Shown: positions 1 to 8,331 of the stretch, piece after piece
Numbering within the stretch: position 1 is the stretch's first letter
How the letters are laid out: every line of letters starts with the position of its first letter
Notes under the pieces: generated by a model
What the model was told of the DNA's origin: nothing
Seen by the model: the letters and a program-made list of their open reading frames with translations, nothing else
Database searches by the model: none
Assembly: GCA_963665235.2 (NCBI GenBank)
Contig: CAXXLX010000001.1
Location: forward strand, 1,824,001-1,888,000
DNA length: 64,000 nt
Direction: 5' to 3'
Source: Candidatus Poribacteria bacterium
GTDB lineage: Bacteria > Poribacteria > WGA-4E > WGA-3G
Program-made: the position numbers and the translations under genes

Positions 1-1
1 G

Positions 2-259
2 CGAAATGGTGATATCGATTCGGCTGAGCAAGACCCGGCAAACTACGCGAAGGTTTGGACTGAAGCGGGCGGACGAAACCGAGAATTGGTCATTGAGAGC
101 GTGCGCGGCACCTGGAAATCCTACTATCAGAACATCGCTGATGTTTTGAATAAGGGAGCGGAGCTGGTTGTCAAACCTGAAGAGATGCGCAAAGTTATGC
201 AGGTATACGATGCAGCGATGCAGTCTGCCGAGACAGGCGAAACGGTGCGGTTAGGTTAA
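2..259 (+). CDS. C-terminal fragment of a probable Gfo/Idh/MocA oxidoreductase (truncated by window start)
   Basis: Frame 2 is open from the window start to TAA at 257-259; it ends YYQNIADVLNKGAELVVKPEEMRKVMQVYDAAMQSAETGETVRLG, a typical Gfo/Idh/MocA C-terminus. Confidence 0.65.
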   Translation, partial: RNGDIDSAEQDPANYAKVWTEAGGRNRELVIESVRGTWKSYYQNIADVLNKGAELVVKPEEMRKVMQVYDAAMQSAETGETVRLG

Positions 260-279
260 AAAGATAGGAGATTTTAACG

Positions 280-585
280 ATGGCTGAAACAGTAAGAACG
301 GACATTAAGGGCATTGAGCGGTTTATCTTTGAAGCAGGGGCCGATCGGGAACAGCTGCATCTCCACATTTCGGAGGTGGCCCCTGGGACCCGGGCGCATC
401 CGCCACACCAGCATGAGGGGCAGGAGATTTTCTATGTCTTTTCTGGTGAAGGTGAGGTGGTTTTTGGGGAGCAGACGCACCATCTCACGGATAATCAAGC
501 TATCCATGTGGACTGTCGCGTCTTGCATGGTATTCGGAATGTAGGGGAAACACCGCTCCGCTATGCGGTTATTATAGCACGTTAG
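280..585 (+). CDS. Cupin domain protein
   Basis: HPPHQHEGQEIFYV and LHGIRN cupin metal motifs; AGGAG RBS upstream. Confidence 0.9.
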   Translation: MAETVRTDIKGIERFIFEAGADREQLHLHISEVAPGTRAHPPHQHEGQEIFYVFSGEGEVVFGEQTHHLTDNQAIHVDCRVLHGIRNVGETPLRYAVIIAR

Positions 586-690
586 CGATTAGCAATTAGC
601 AATTGGCGATTAGCAAGATGTTGTGATTCTAAGCAGGTTTCTGACGCGCTTGCATCTACCTTTTCCTCTTGCCATAAGCCATAAGCCAAA
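583..690. repeat. Dispersed hairpin element flanked by heptamer repeats (GCAATTA / GCCATAA)
   Basis: Reverse complement matches elements at ~28488, ~28705 and ~35532 (core CTGACGCG..TCAGA..TGCTTAGAATCACAAC). Confidence 0.7.
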
Positions 691-754
691 AAGCAATGAA
701 TGGTTTCCCTACTACGAACGCGGCTGTGTAGTATGAGGAGCGTTGCCCTGTATG

Positions 755-1186
755 CTATTCAACGGGTTCCGTTTGCGGGTTTTTGAGCAATTCTACAATT
801 CCGTAAAGACCGCCTATAACTAGGAAAATGCCAATCCCGGCTACACCTCGCCGCACCCAAACAGGATGCAGGATTTGTGAGACACCGAGCAATGAAAGCG
901 GTTGTAGCAGCTTAGATACGCCGATATTGACATAAAACGCGCCGTAAGCGATTAGGCACAATTCACTGAGAAACCGCTGTTTGAAAGGGTTTACGGGCAT
1001 GCCAAATAGGTTAATCAGGTAATCCCCAGAGAGAATGAGGGTTACCCCAATGACAACAAAGGTGAAAGGGACAGCAATTAGCTGTGTGGATTTCCAAAGC
1101 ATGACAGCTAGGAGTACACTGACAGCCCCTAAGATAAGACTAATTACGCCTTGAAAGATTTGAAGTGCTCTGCTTTTTTCTATCAT
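755..1186 (-). CDS. Hypothetical membrane protein (about 4 TM)
   Basis: Four hydrophobic segments; ATG overlaps the TAA of the upstream gene (TAATG). Confidence 0.75.
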   Translation of the reverse strand: MIEKSRALQIFQGVISLILGAVSVLLAVMLWKSTQLIAVPFTFVVIGVTLILSGDYLINLFGMPVNPFKQRFLSELCLIAYGAFYVNIGVSKLLQPLSLLGVSQILHPVWVRRGVAGIGIFLVIGGLYGIVELLKNPQTEPVE

Positions 1187-2292
1187 TAGAATGAATATAT
1201 CGCTGTTAGGGAAATTAATGGCCCGAATTCAAAAGCGTCCCTTTCTTCATACCGACCCTCTAAAAAGGCATCGGTGTTATCGTAGAGCATCTCCTGTTGC
1301 AAAGGCAACATAACCGTAATGGCTATTGGGAGGCTGTAAGGGGTTGCAATAACCGTTCCAAGTGATGCCATGCTGTAACGGAGTCCGGTATTGAAGTCAA
1401 GTTCACCATCCCAATAAGCATAGTGTTGATAAAATCCGAGGTAGCTCGCTTGAAATAAAAACCATTTGTTGAGGCGATAATTCAACCCGGCTGTGTAGGT
1501 GATTTCCCTAGAGCCTCGGTAGGTTTTGCTATTCTCATAGAACGGTAATTTCGTTCGGATGCTCATATTCGCGCCCAATCCGTTGTAGAGGGGCAGGCTA
1601 TAATGCAGGTCAGCGATAGGGTTGAAAGTGCCTGTCCCAAATTGGATATGGAGATGTTTAAGCCCCGCATCGCCTAATTTCCAGGGGTCTTCCTCCGTTT
1701 TTCCTGTGGGAATTGTGGTGCCGATGCGGCCTAACAAAAAATCACTCTTCCTGAAAATTCCGTGTAAATGATGTCCTATCAATACATCCAAATCGGTGGG
1801 GCCGGTGTAGGTTTCACTCCGATGATGATTATGGCGATTGCGGAGGATAGCTTGCCACTGTTCATCTGTGACCGCTTCAATCTTCTCAATAGTCGCCTCC
1901 TGCGCTTTAACTTCGTAAGGGATGTTCAATTCAAGCACAAAACGGGGGCCGAAGTAGTATTTTAATCCTAAGTCCACGCGATAGATGTTCAACGTCACGT
2001 GATGCCGATGGAGTGGGACAGTTTTCACGGTCGGTTTTCCATTTCCATCTAGGAAAATGCCTTTTGTTTCAAGGTGTCCGCCTTGTGCGTCGAACCATCG
2101 CATGGTACTGAAAGCGATCTGAAATTTTTTTGCTTCTGAAGCCAAACTGGATTCACCTATCCCGCCTCGTGGGATTGCGGGATTGCTTCACCCACCTCAA
2201 CCTTCTTGGGCAAATACACCGCTGTGTAAAATGCCGAATGTAAGCAAAATAAGTTGTAAGACAAGTATTGCGTAGAAGTTTCGGATTTTCAT
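1186..2292 (-). CDS. Putative selenoprotein with UxxU motif; secreted, probably an outer-membrane beta-barrel
   Basis: ATG at 2292 with AGGAG upstream; signal peptide MKIRNFYAILVLQLILLTFGILHSGVFA, then QEG-TGA-GG-TGA-SNPAIP in frame with ORF 1186..2145; hairpin 3' of the UGAs; C-terminal IYSF beta-signal. Confidence 0.75.
2159..2183 (-). promoter_or_regulatory. Candidate SECIS hairpin(s)
   Basis: AUCCCGC (2183-2177) pairs with GCGGGAU (2165-2159); the stem starts 13 nt after the first UGA. Confidence 0.55.
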
Positions 2293-2339
2293 GGTGTTTT
2301 TGTGTGCTCCTGTTTTTAGCGACACGCGGCGTGTGCCTG

Positions 2340-3281
2340 CTACTTTTCTGTCTCTAGATTTAGCCATGCCATTTCGTCATCAGAGAGGTCAAGCGTTAGC
2401 GCGCCTAGGGATGAGTGCATCTCATCTAGGGTCACCGGGCCGATAATCGGAAAAATGGGGAACGGGAGTTTTGCGCAGTAAGCAAGCGAAACCTGTATAG
2501 GAGAATAACCGTATTTTTCTGCCAGCTGTTTTGCGCGTGTAAGTCTTTCAAAGTTATCATCGTTATAATAGACCCGCACCATGGCCCCGTTGCTTCGATC
2601 ATCTTGGGTGAATGCACCGCTGAAGAAGCCGCGGGCTTGCGAGGACCACGGCATCAATGGGAATTGGCTCTCCTGATGCCATTGGCGTGCGGCATCGTCA
2701 ACACAGACACACCCGCCCCACATCGGTTCCATCGGTACAGCGAGGCTGATATTGTTGCTACACGCCACAAATCCGCTTAACCCGTTTTCGGTGGCATAGG
2801 CGTTGGCTTCGACAATGCGCTGCGGATACCAGTTAGAGGCGGCAATCGCTCGGATACGTCCGGCAGTTATTTCTTCGTTTAAGTAATCGATGATAGTGCT
2901 AACAGGGATGTTCGGGTCGTCTCGATGGAGCATATAAAGGTCTATGTAGTCGGTTTGGAGTCGGTCGAGACTTTCGTCAAGGTCTTTTTTTACTTGTTCT
3001 GGGGCAAGGCGGGGCCCCGGTATTCCACCTTGTGGGTGTCCGCCTTTATCTATCAAGATGACCTCATCTCTGTTTTTGCGTTGTTGCATCCATATTCCGA
3101 TGAACTTTTCACTACCCCCTCCAGCATAGATATGTGCTGAGTCGAGGATATTTCCGCCTGCATCAAAGAAAGCGTCGAGCATTTCGGCACCGAAGTCGAA
3201 TTTGTCCGGTGAAAATATCATGGTCCCTAGAATCAATTGTGAAATATCTCGGTTGAATCCAGGAATTTTTATCCGCTTCAT
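2340..3281 (-). CDS. Aldo/keto reductase
   Basis: LILGTM, DSAHIY, SLDRLQTDYIDLYMLHRDD, PWSSQARG motifs; start placed at MKRIKIPG. Confidence 0.92.
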   Translation of the reverse strand: MKRIKIPGFNRDISQLILGTMIFSPDKFDFGAEMLDAFFDAGGNILDSAHIYAGGGSEKFIGIWMQQRKNRDEVILIDKGGHPQGGIPGPRLAPEQVKKDLDESLDRLQTDYIDLYMLHRDDPNIPVSTIIDYLNEEITAGRIRAIAASNWYPQRIVEANAYATENGLSGFVACSNNISLAVPMEPMWGGCVCVDDAARQWHQESQFPLMPWSSQARGFFSGAFTQDDRSNGAMVRVYYNDDNFERLTRAKQLAEKYGYSPIQVSLAYCAKLPFPIFPIIGPVTLDEMHSSLGALTLDLSDDEMAWLNLETEK

Positions 3282-3551
3282 GAAACATTTTTCCTTCTGT
3301 GTAGCCTCAAGCCGCTGCTTAAAACCCACCGTTTTTTCTTTTTTATATTTCGGCACGCGTGCTTTGTGCATGCCATCTTTAAGAAATTATATCACAAAGG
3401 CCGTGAAAAGTCCAGATTAAATTTTCGATGAATGGAAGGAGGGAAGATTGGAAGAAGTGAATGGGGGATGAGGCACGTTTAGATAGGCTGACGGTGTAGG
3501 CGCGATTGCGAAGTACGCCTACACTGTCAGGGGACAGCACGTTTGCACAGG

Positions 3552-4511
3552 TTATATCTGATTTCGATAAATCGCTTCAACCAGCTCCATTGTCTTGATT
3601 GCATCGGCAAAGCAGGTTGACGGCTCCTGGTCTTGCAGGATAGACTCAACAAAATGACGGGTTTCGCCATAAAATCCGTAGGTTTTGTACGTTTTATCGG
3701 AATCAGCGGCGGACTCTGGTGTGATTTGGGTTGTGCCTTCGGGTGTGTGGACCGTTGCACCTTTACCAGCATCCGGGTTGATATAGGCGGAAATGCCGCG
3801 CGCGTGCATCTCAAACGTATGAATGCGTGTACCAACTGCCCAATTGGTACAGAGATAGCCGGATGCGCCGCTTGTGAATTTGACAATTGCGTTGAAACTG
3901 TTCTCTCGCTCCGAATAGAATCGGTTGACATCGCTTGCGACAGCCTTCACCTCTCCGCCGCCGAGCCATCGGAGCGCGTCCACAGCGTGAATTGCATCAC
4001 ACGTCAAGACATCTATGACCCCATCGTAATAGAGTGCATTCGGTGCGTTTTTGTGGAAGGTGGCCATGCACTGGAGAATGGGCCCGTTTTCTTCAACTAT
4101 CGCCTTAACCTTTTGTAGGAGCGGTATGAAGCGGCGGTTGAAACCTACCATCGTTTTGCAGCCATGTTTTTCGGCAGCTAACGCCATCTCCGTGGTTTGA
4201 TGCCGCGTTATGCCGGGCGGTTTCTCGATAAAAACGTGGCACTGCTGTGAGAGACAGTGGATAACAAGCGGAAATAGGTGTTGTGGCGGCATCAAGATAT
4301 AGACAGCCTCCGGAGCGGTTTTCTCCAGCATCTTCCGATAGTCGGTGAAGGTCTGTTCTATCTCAAACTTTTCTGCGGTAACGTGAAGTTTTGACTCTAC
4401 CAAATCACACAAACCGACAAGGTTCACGTCTTCAGATTCGGCGAGCGAAGGGTAATGGACACTGTTTGCCATACCCCCTGCTCCGATTAAGGCGATATTA
4501 ACTTTTTTCAT
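3552..4511 (-). CDS. Gfo/Idh/MocA family oxidoreductase
   Basis: IGAGGMA Rossmann motif, HVFIEKP, GFNRRF; GGAGG RBS. Confidence 0.93.
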   Translation of the reverse strand: MKKVNIALIGAGGMANSVHYPSLAESEDVNLVGLCDLVESKLHVTAEKFEIEQTFTDYRKMLEKTAPEAVYILMPPQHLFPLVIHCLSQQCHVFIEKPPGITRHQTTEMALAAEKHGCKTMVGFNRRFIPLLQKVKAIVEENGPILQCMATFHKNAPNALYYDGVIDVLTCDAIHAVDALRWLGGGEVKAVASDVNRFYSERENSFNAIVKFTSGASGYLCTNWAVGTRIHTFEMHARGISAYINPDAGKGATVHTPEGTTQITPESAADSDKTYKTYGFYGETRHFVESILQDQEPSTCFADAIKTMELVEAIYRNQI

Positions 4512-4636
4512 CTAGAATCCTCCTAACGGTTCTTTTCTCTTGCATATTATAACTTAAGTTTTGGAAAGAAGGTTTGAGATGAATGTCCGCTCTTTTGGTC
4601 TGAAGCATGAGGGGTTTGAAAGTTTGAAAAATAAAT

Positions 4637-4665
4637 TTGACTTTTTCCCGCAAATGTCCTATAAT
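4637..4665 (+). promoter_or_regulatory. Sigma70-type promoter
   Basis: TTGACT-N17-TATAAT. Confidence 0.65.
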
Positions 4666-4669
4666 TTCT

Positions 4670-4926
4670 TAGGATTTATGCAAGTGTGCGATAAATCGTT
4701 ACGTTAGCAACTTAAGACATTTAACAGGACTTACGCAAATTTATCAGAAACCTCAGTATTCGGGCAAGCAGCCCGCTCTTAAGGGCGGGGTCTCCCCGCC
4801 CGCTATGTCTCGCTCTATATCCTACTATCATTAGGGTTTATCAACGCGCTGCGTAAGTCCTGATTTAATTCATAAATTTCGAGAGTGTAACGATTTATAG
4901 TAGCACAATTCATTGCGTAAACCCTA
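4670..4926. mobile_element. Outer MITE (TAGGATTTAYGCAA-type ends) containing a nested MITE
   Basis: TAGGATTTATGCAA (4670) and TTGCGTAAACCCTA (4913-4926); internal IR ATAAATCGTTAC / GTAACGATTTAT. Confidence 0.55.
4725..4862. mobile_element. MITE with CAGGACTTACGCA terminal inverted repeats
   Basis: Perfect 13-bp TIRs, ATTTAA direct repeat on both sides, homologous copy at 31575-31689. Confidence 0.85.
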
Positions 4927-5096
4927 ATGGAATCACGCTTTAAAGCGATCAGCTGATTCACATTTTGGTGAAGTAGGTCATTGATCTTTAGAGAGTACCG
5001 ACTCTGTTCGCCAGAGGATCGCCGAGTCCTCAAAAAATGAGGGTGCATTTATAATGCTTTGAGAGTACCGACTCTACCTCCAAGCGACTAACAATT

Positions 5097-5124
5097 AAGA
5101 GGGGGAAACAATCATCCCCCTCTT
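5097..5124. terminator. Terminator-like hairpin
   Basis: AAGAGGGGGA / TCCCCCTCTT 10-bp stem. Confidence 0.5.
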
Positions 5125-5217
5125 ACATCATATAGAACTTACGCATATCCCCCTGGCTCTGATAAGGCGGGATAAAAGGAGTTAAAATCCTATTAAACCC
5201 GAAAAATATAGATATAA

Positions 5218-5463
5218 TACCATTTCTAATTGAAAATGTTTCTTTATCGTAGCACTTAAACTTCCAGTTTGTGCGTTTTATCGTAGCATAAACTTCCAGT
5301 TTGTGCTCTTTATTGTAGCATAAACTTCCAGTTTGTGCTCTTTATTGTAGCATAAACTTCCAGTTTGTGCTCTTTATTGTAGCATAAACTTCCAGTTTGG
5401 GTCTTCCGTTCTCCGTTTCATTTCTAACAACCGGTAATGATAGAATAATTAATAAAAATGGTA
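5218..5463. mobile_element. MITE (TACCATTT ends, TAA target duplication) carrying five 32-bp GTAG-type REP-like units
   Basis: taa|TACCATTTC...AAATGGTA|taa; unit GTAGCATAAACTTCCAGTTTGTGCTCTTTATT; inverted copy at 29240-30755; lies within a degenerate TAGAACTTACGCA...TGCGTAGGGCCTA element (5133-5487). Confidence 0.85.
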
Positions 5464-5499
5464 TAACCTGAATCTGCGTAGGGCCTAAACGACAATACC

Positions 5500-7089
5500 A
5501 TGAACACCGACCCAATCAAACTCGAACTTTACAAAAATATGCTAACCTCTGTTGCGGAGGAGATGGGTGTGACGCTACAACGCACCGCCTTCTCGCCTAA
5601 CATCAAAGAGCGGCTGGATTTCTCATGCGCTGTATTTGATGGCACAGGACAGATGGTCGCACAAGCTGCCCACATCCCCGTACATCTCGGCTCTATGCCC
5701 CTCTCCGTTTTAGCAGCGATTGAACATACCTCTATGACACCGGGGGATATGATCGCGCTCAATGACCCGTACCGAGGCGGAACGCATCTCCCCGATATTA
5801 CGCTCGTTGCCCCTGTTTTCGGAGATGCATCGGCAAGTTCACCGACCTTTTTTGTTGCGAACCGCGCACATCACGCCGATGTCGGGGGGATGACCCCCGG
5901 TTCAATGCCCTTGGCAACGAGTGTGATTCAGGAAGGTATCCGTATTCCACCTGTCAAACTTATCCGTGGCGGAGAATTGGACACCGACCTCTGGGAACTC
6001 ATTCTCGCGAACGTCCGCACCCCGGAGGAACGCAGTGGCGATATAGAGGCACAACTCGCCGCGAATCGTATCGGTGAACGCCGGCTAACGGAAATGGTAA
6101 CCAAATACGGCACTACAGAAATTGAGACGTATATGCAAGAACTGTGTGCGTACAGTAGCCGGATGGTCCGCGCGTTCCTGCAAGAAATTCCGGATGGGGT
6201 TTACGAATACACAGATTTTTTAGATAATGACGGTATTACCGATGCCCCCGTTGAAATTCGGGTAGCTATCCGTATCAAATCGGATACGGCGGTAGTCGAT
6301 TTTACTGGCACTGCCGAGCAGGTGCGCGGCTCTGTGAATGCCATTTACGCCATCACGCTCTCTGCGGTTTTTTATACCTTCCGCTGCGTTGCAGGCATGG
6401 ATATCCCTGCCAACGCTGGATGCTTGGAGCCGATTCAGGTTATCGCGCCGGAGGGCACTGTGGTCAACGCGAAATTTCCGGCAGCAGTTGCTGGTGGAAA
6501 CGTTGAAACCTCCCAGCGAATTGTGGACGTGCTGCTCGGTGCACTATCGGTAGCATGTCCGGAAAGAATTCCGGCGGCCAGCTGCGGCTCTATGAATAAC
6601 GTGACAGTTGGAGGTTATGACGCGGGGCGGGGAAGGGATTTTACGTATTACGAAACCATCGCCGGGGGCATGGGTGCGCGGCCCTCCTCTGATGGTATCC
6701 ATGCCATCCACACCCACATGACCAATACGATGAATACCCCCATAGAAGCAATTGAGACAAGTTATCCGATGCAGGTAGTGCAGTACGCAATTCGCCGTGG
6801 CACAGGTGGGGCAGGTGAATTCCGAGGTGGTGACGGGGTTGTCCGCTCTCTGCGGTTTCTCACCGATGCAGAGGTTACCCTCCTGTCAGAACGACGCGAA
6901 CGGGGACCTTACGGTTTGCAAGGTGGTGCAGCAGGAACACCCGGACAGAATGTGCTGCTTCGTGCTGGCGAGGAACACCCACTCCCCGGAAAGGTGACGG
7001 TTTCTGTGCATGAAGGTGATGTCGTTCAGATTGAAACGCCGGGGGGTGGGGGTTATGGGAAAACCTCTGCGATGCCTGACAAAAAATGA
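5500..7089 (+). CDS. Hydantoinase B / oxoprolinase family protein
   Basis: FSPNIKERLDFSCA, HIPVHLGSM, NDPYRGGTHLPD, HHADVGG, TPGGGGYG. Confidence 0.95.
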   Translation: MNTDPIKLELYKNMLTSVAEEMGVTLQRTAFSPNIKERLDFSCAVFDGTGQMVAQAAHIPVHLGSMPLSVLAAIEHTSMTPGDMIALNDPYRGGTHLPDITLVAPVFGDASASSPTFFVANRAHHADVGGMTPGSMPLATSVIQEGIRIPPVKLIRGGELDTDLWELILANVRTPEERSGDIEAQLAANRIGERRLTEMVTKYGTTEIETYMQELCAYSSRMVRAFLQEIPDGVYEYTDFLDNDGITDAPVEIRVAIRIKSDTAVVDFTGTAEQVRGSVNAIYAITLSAVFYTFRCVAGMDIPANAGCLEPIQVIAPEGTVVNAKFPAAVAGGNVETSQRIVDVLLGALSVACPERIPAASCGSMNNVTVGGYDAGRGRDFTYYETIAGGMGARPSSDGIHAIHTHMTNTMNTPIEAIETSYPMQVVQYAIRRGTGGAGEFRGGDGVVRSLRFLTDAEVTLLSERRERGPYGLQGGAAGTPGQNVLLRAGEEHPLPGKVTVSVHEGDVVQIETPGGGGYGKTSAMPDKK

Positions 7090-7161
7090 AGCCGATGAGA
7101 GGATTTGAACCTCCGACCTACTGATTACGAATCAGTTGCTCTTCCACTGAGCTACACCGGC
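7090..7161 (-). tRNA. tRNA-Thr(CGT)
   Basis: Cloverleaf GCCGGTGTAGCTCAGTGG...; anticodon arm ACTGA-TTCGTAA-TCAGT; TTCAAAT T-loop; CCA not encoded. Confidence 0.95.
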
Positions 7162-7191
7162 ACTGGACTATAAAACGTTGCAATAGAAAAA

Positions 7192-7264
7192 TGCCGAGAG
7201 GCAGAATCGAACTGCCGACACGTAGATTTTCAGTCTACTGCTCTACCGACTGAGCTATCTCGGC
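7192..7264 (-). tRNA. tRNA-Phe(GAA)
   Basis: GCCGAGATAGCTCAGTCGGTAGAGC...; anticodon arm GTAGA-CTGAAAA-TCTAC; TTCGATT T-loop; CCA not encoded. Confidence 0.96.
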
Positions 7265-7285
7265 ACGAAAATAACTAATATTATT

Positions 7286-7314
7286 ATAATACCACAAAAT
7301 TAAACCGTTGTCAA
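7286..7314 (-). promoter_or_regulatory. Sigma70 promoter for the tRNA pair
   Basis: TTGACA-N17-TATTAT on the minus strand, about 20 nt before tRNA-Phe. Confidence 0.7.
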
Positions 7315-7332
7315 GTTTTTTTGCAGAAAAAT

Positions 7333-8292
7333 TTACTCTTTTTCGGGCCAGATGTCGATTTCCTTGTAAAAACGGATGGCACCGGGGTGAAAAGGTGTAC
7401 CTGTATCCTTGATAACATTTTTTGGGTGGATGGCTTTCCCAGCAGCATGTCGCTCGACAACCTCCGCGCGGTGTGTATACAAGGTCTTCGTAAATTCATA
7501 AACCATGCTCTCATCCGCTGTCTCGGCGGTGATGAGATGCATCGCACCGACGTTCATACTCGCGAACGGCTCCGTCTGCCCTTTATAGGTATTCGCGGGG
7601 ATAGTTATCGGATTAAAAAAGGGATACTTTTCGAAAAGGGTCTGTTTTGCCGCTTCATCGAACGGAACGAAAAAGATGTCTTGAGACGTGCTGGCTTGCG
7701 TAGCCGCGGGTGTCGGAATTGCCCCCCCGACGAATGCAGCGGCAGCGGTACCATCGGCTAACTGAGAGACCGCCCCGACATAAGTGCTGTTAATCGGTGT
7801 GAAATCGTCGTAGGTCACACCGTGGGCTGCTAATATCGGTTTAAGGAAATACTCAAAACCTGCCCCTGACGGCCCAACGACAATCCGTTTTCCTGCGAAA
7901 TCTTGAATTGTACGAATCTCGGTGGACTGTGGTGTAAGAAACAGGCCGACATTAGGTGCAAGCGTCATGACGGTCCGGATAGCGTGTTCGGTTTCCCACG
8001 CGCCTTCGCCGCGCACCGCAAAATAGGAGATTGCGGCGTTAGCGAGTGCAAACTCCAATTCACCACGGACGATGCGGCGGATATTTTCCTGCGTGCCTTT
8101 AGTGGCTTCGGCAGTCACCGTCCAGTTCTCCTCTGGAACGTTACCGTTGACGACCTCGGCGATTGCGGAGCCGACAACAAAAAATGCACCTCCGGCAGGG
8201 GCCGTGCCGACGCTAATGTGGCGGCGTTTCGAATCGCACCCTACGGCGAAGATAATACAGATAATAGCAAAGTAGGACATAATCGATTTCAT
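7333..8292 (-). CDS. TAXI family TRAP transporter solute-binding lipoprotein
   Basis: Lipobox FAVGC; GTAPAGGAFF, EATKGTQEN, GPSGAG, PFHPGAIRFYKE. Confidence 0.93.
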   Translation of the reverse strand: MKSIMSYFAIICIIFAVGCDSKRRHISVGTAPAGGAFFVVGSAIAEVVNGNVPEENWTVTAEATKGTQENIRRIVRGELEFALANAAISYFAVRGEGAWETEHAIRTVMTLAPNVGLFLTPQSTEIRTIQDFAGKRIVVGPSGAGFEYFLKPILAAHGVTYDDFTPINSTYVGAVSQLADGTAAAAFVGGAIPTPAATQASTSQDIFFVPFDEAAKQTLFEKYPFFNPITIPANTYKGQTEPFASMNVGAMHLITAETADESMVYEFTKTLYTHRAEVVERHAAGKAIHPKNVIKDTGTPFHPGAIRFYKEIDIWPEKE

Positions 8293-8331
8293 AAATAGTC
8301 TCCTTCTGTTTAGAGATGGTGGATATGTTGA

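Noticed and set aside
2188-2199. Genome-wide UGA reassignment to Trp or Gly
   Set aside because: TGA ends ordinary genes here (7087-7089, 27503-27505, 40028-40030) and Trp is encoded by TGG; read-through appears only at Cys-like motifs
4991-5075. Tandem glycine riboswitch
   Set aside because: GAGAG..CCGA resembles the aptamer only superficially; the GAAGG and CTCAGG elements are missing
7090-7264. tRNA-anchored prophage or integrative island
   Set aside because: No integrase and no duplicated tRNA 3' end found in the window
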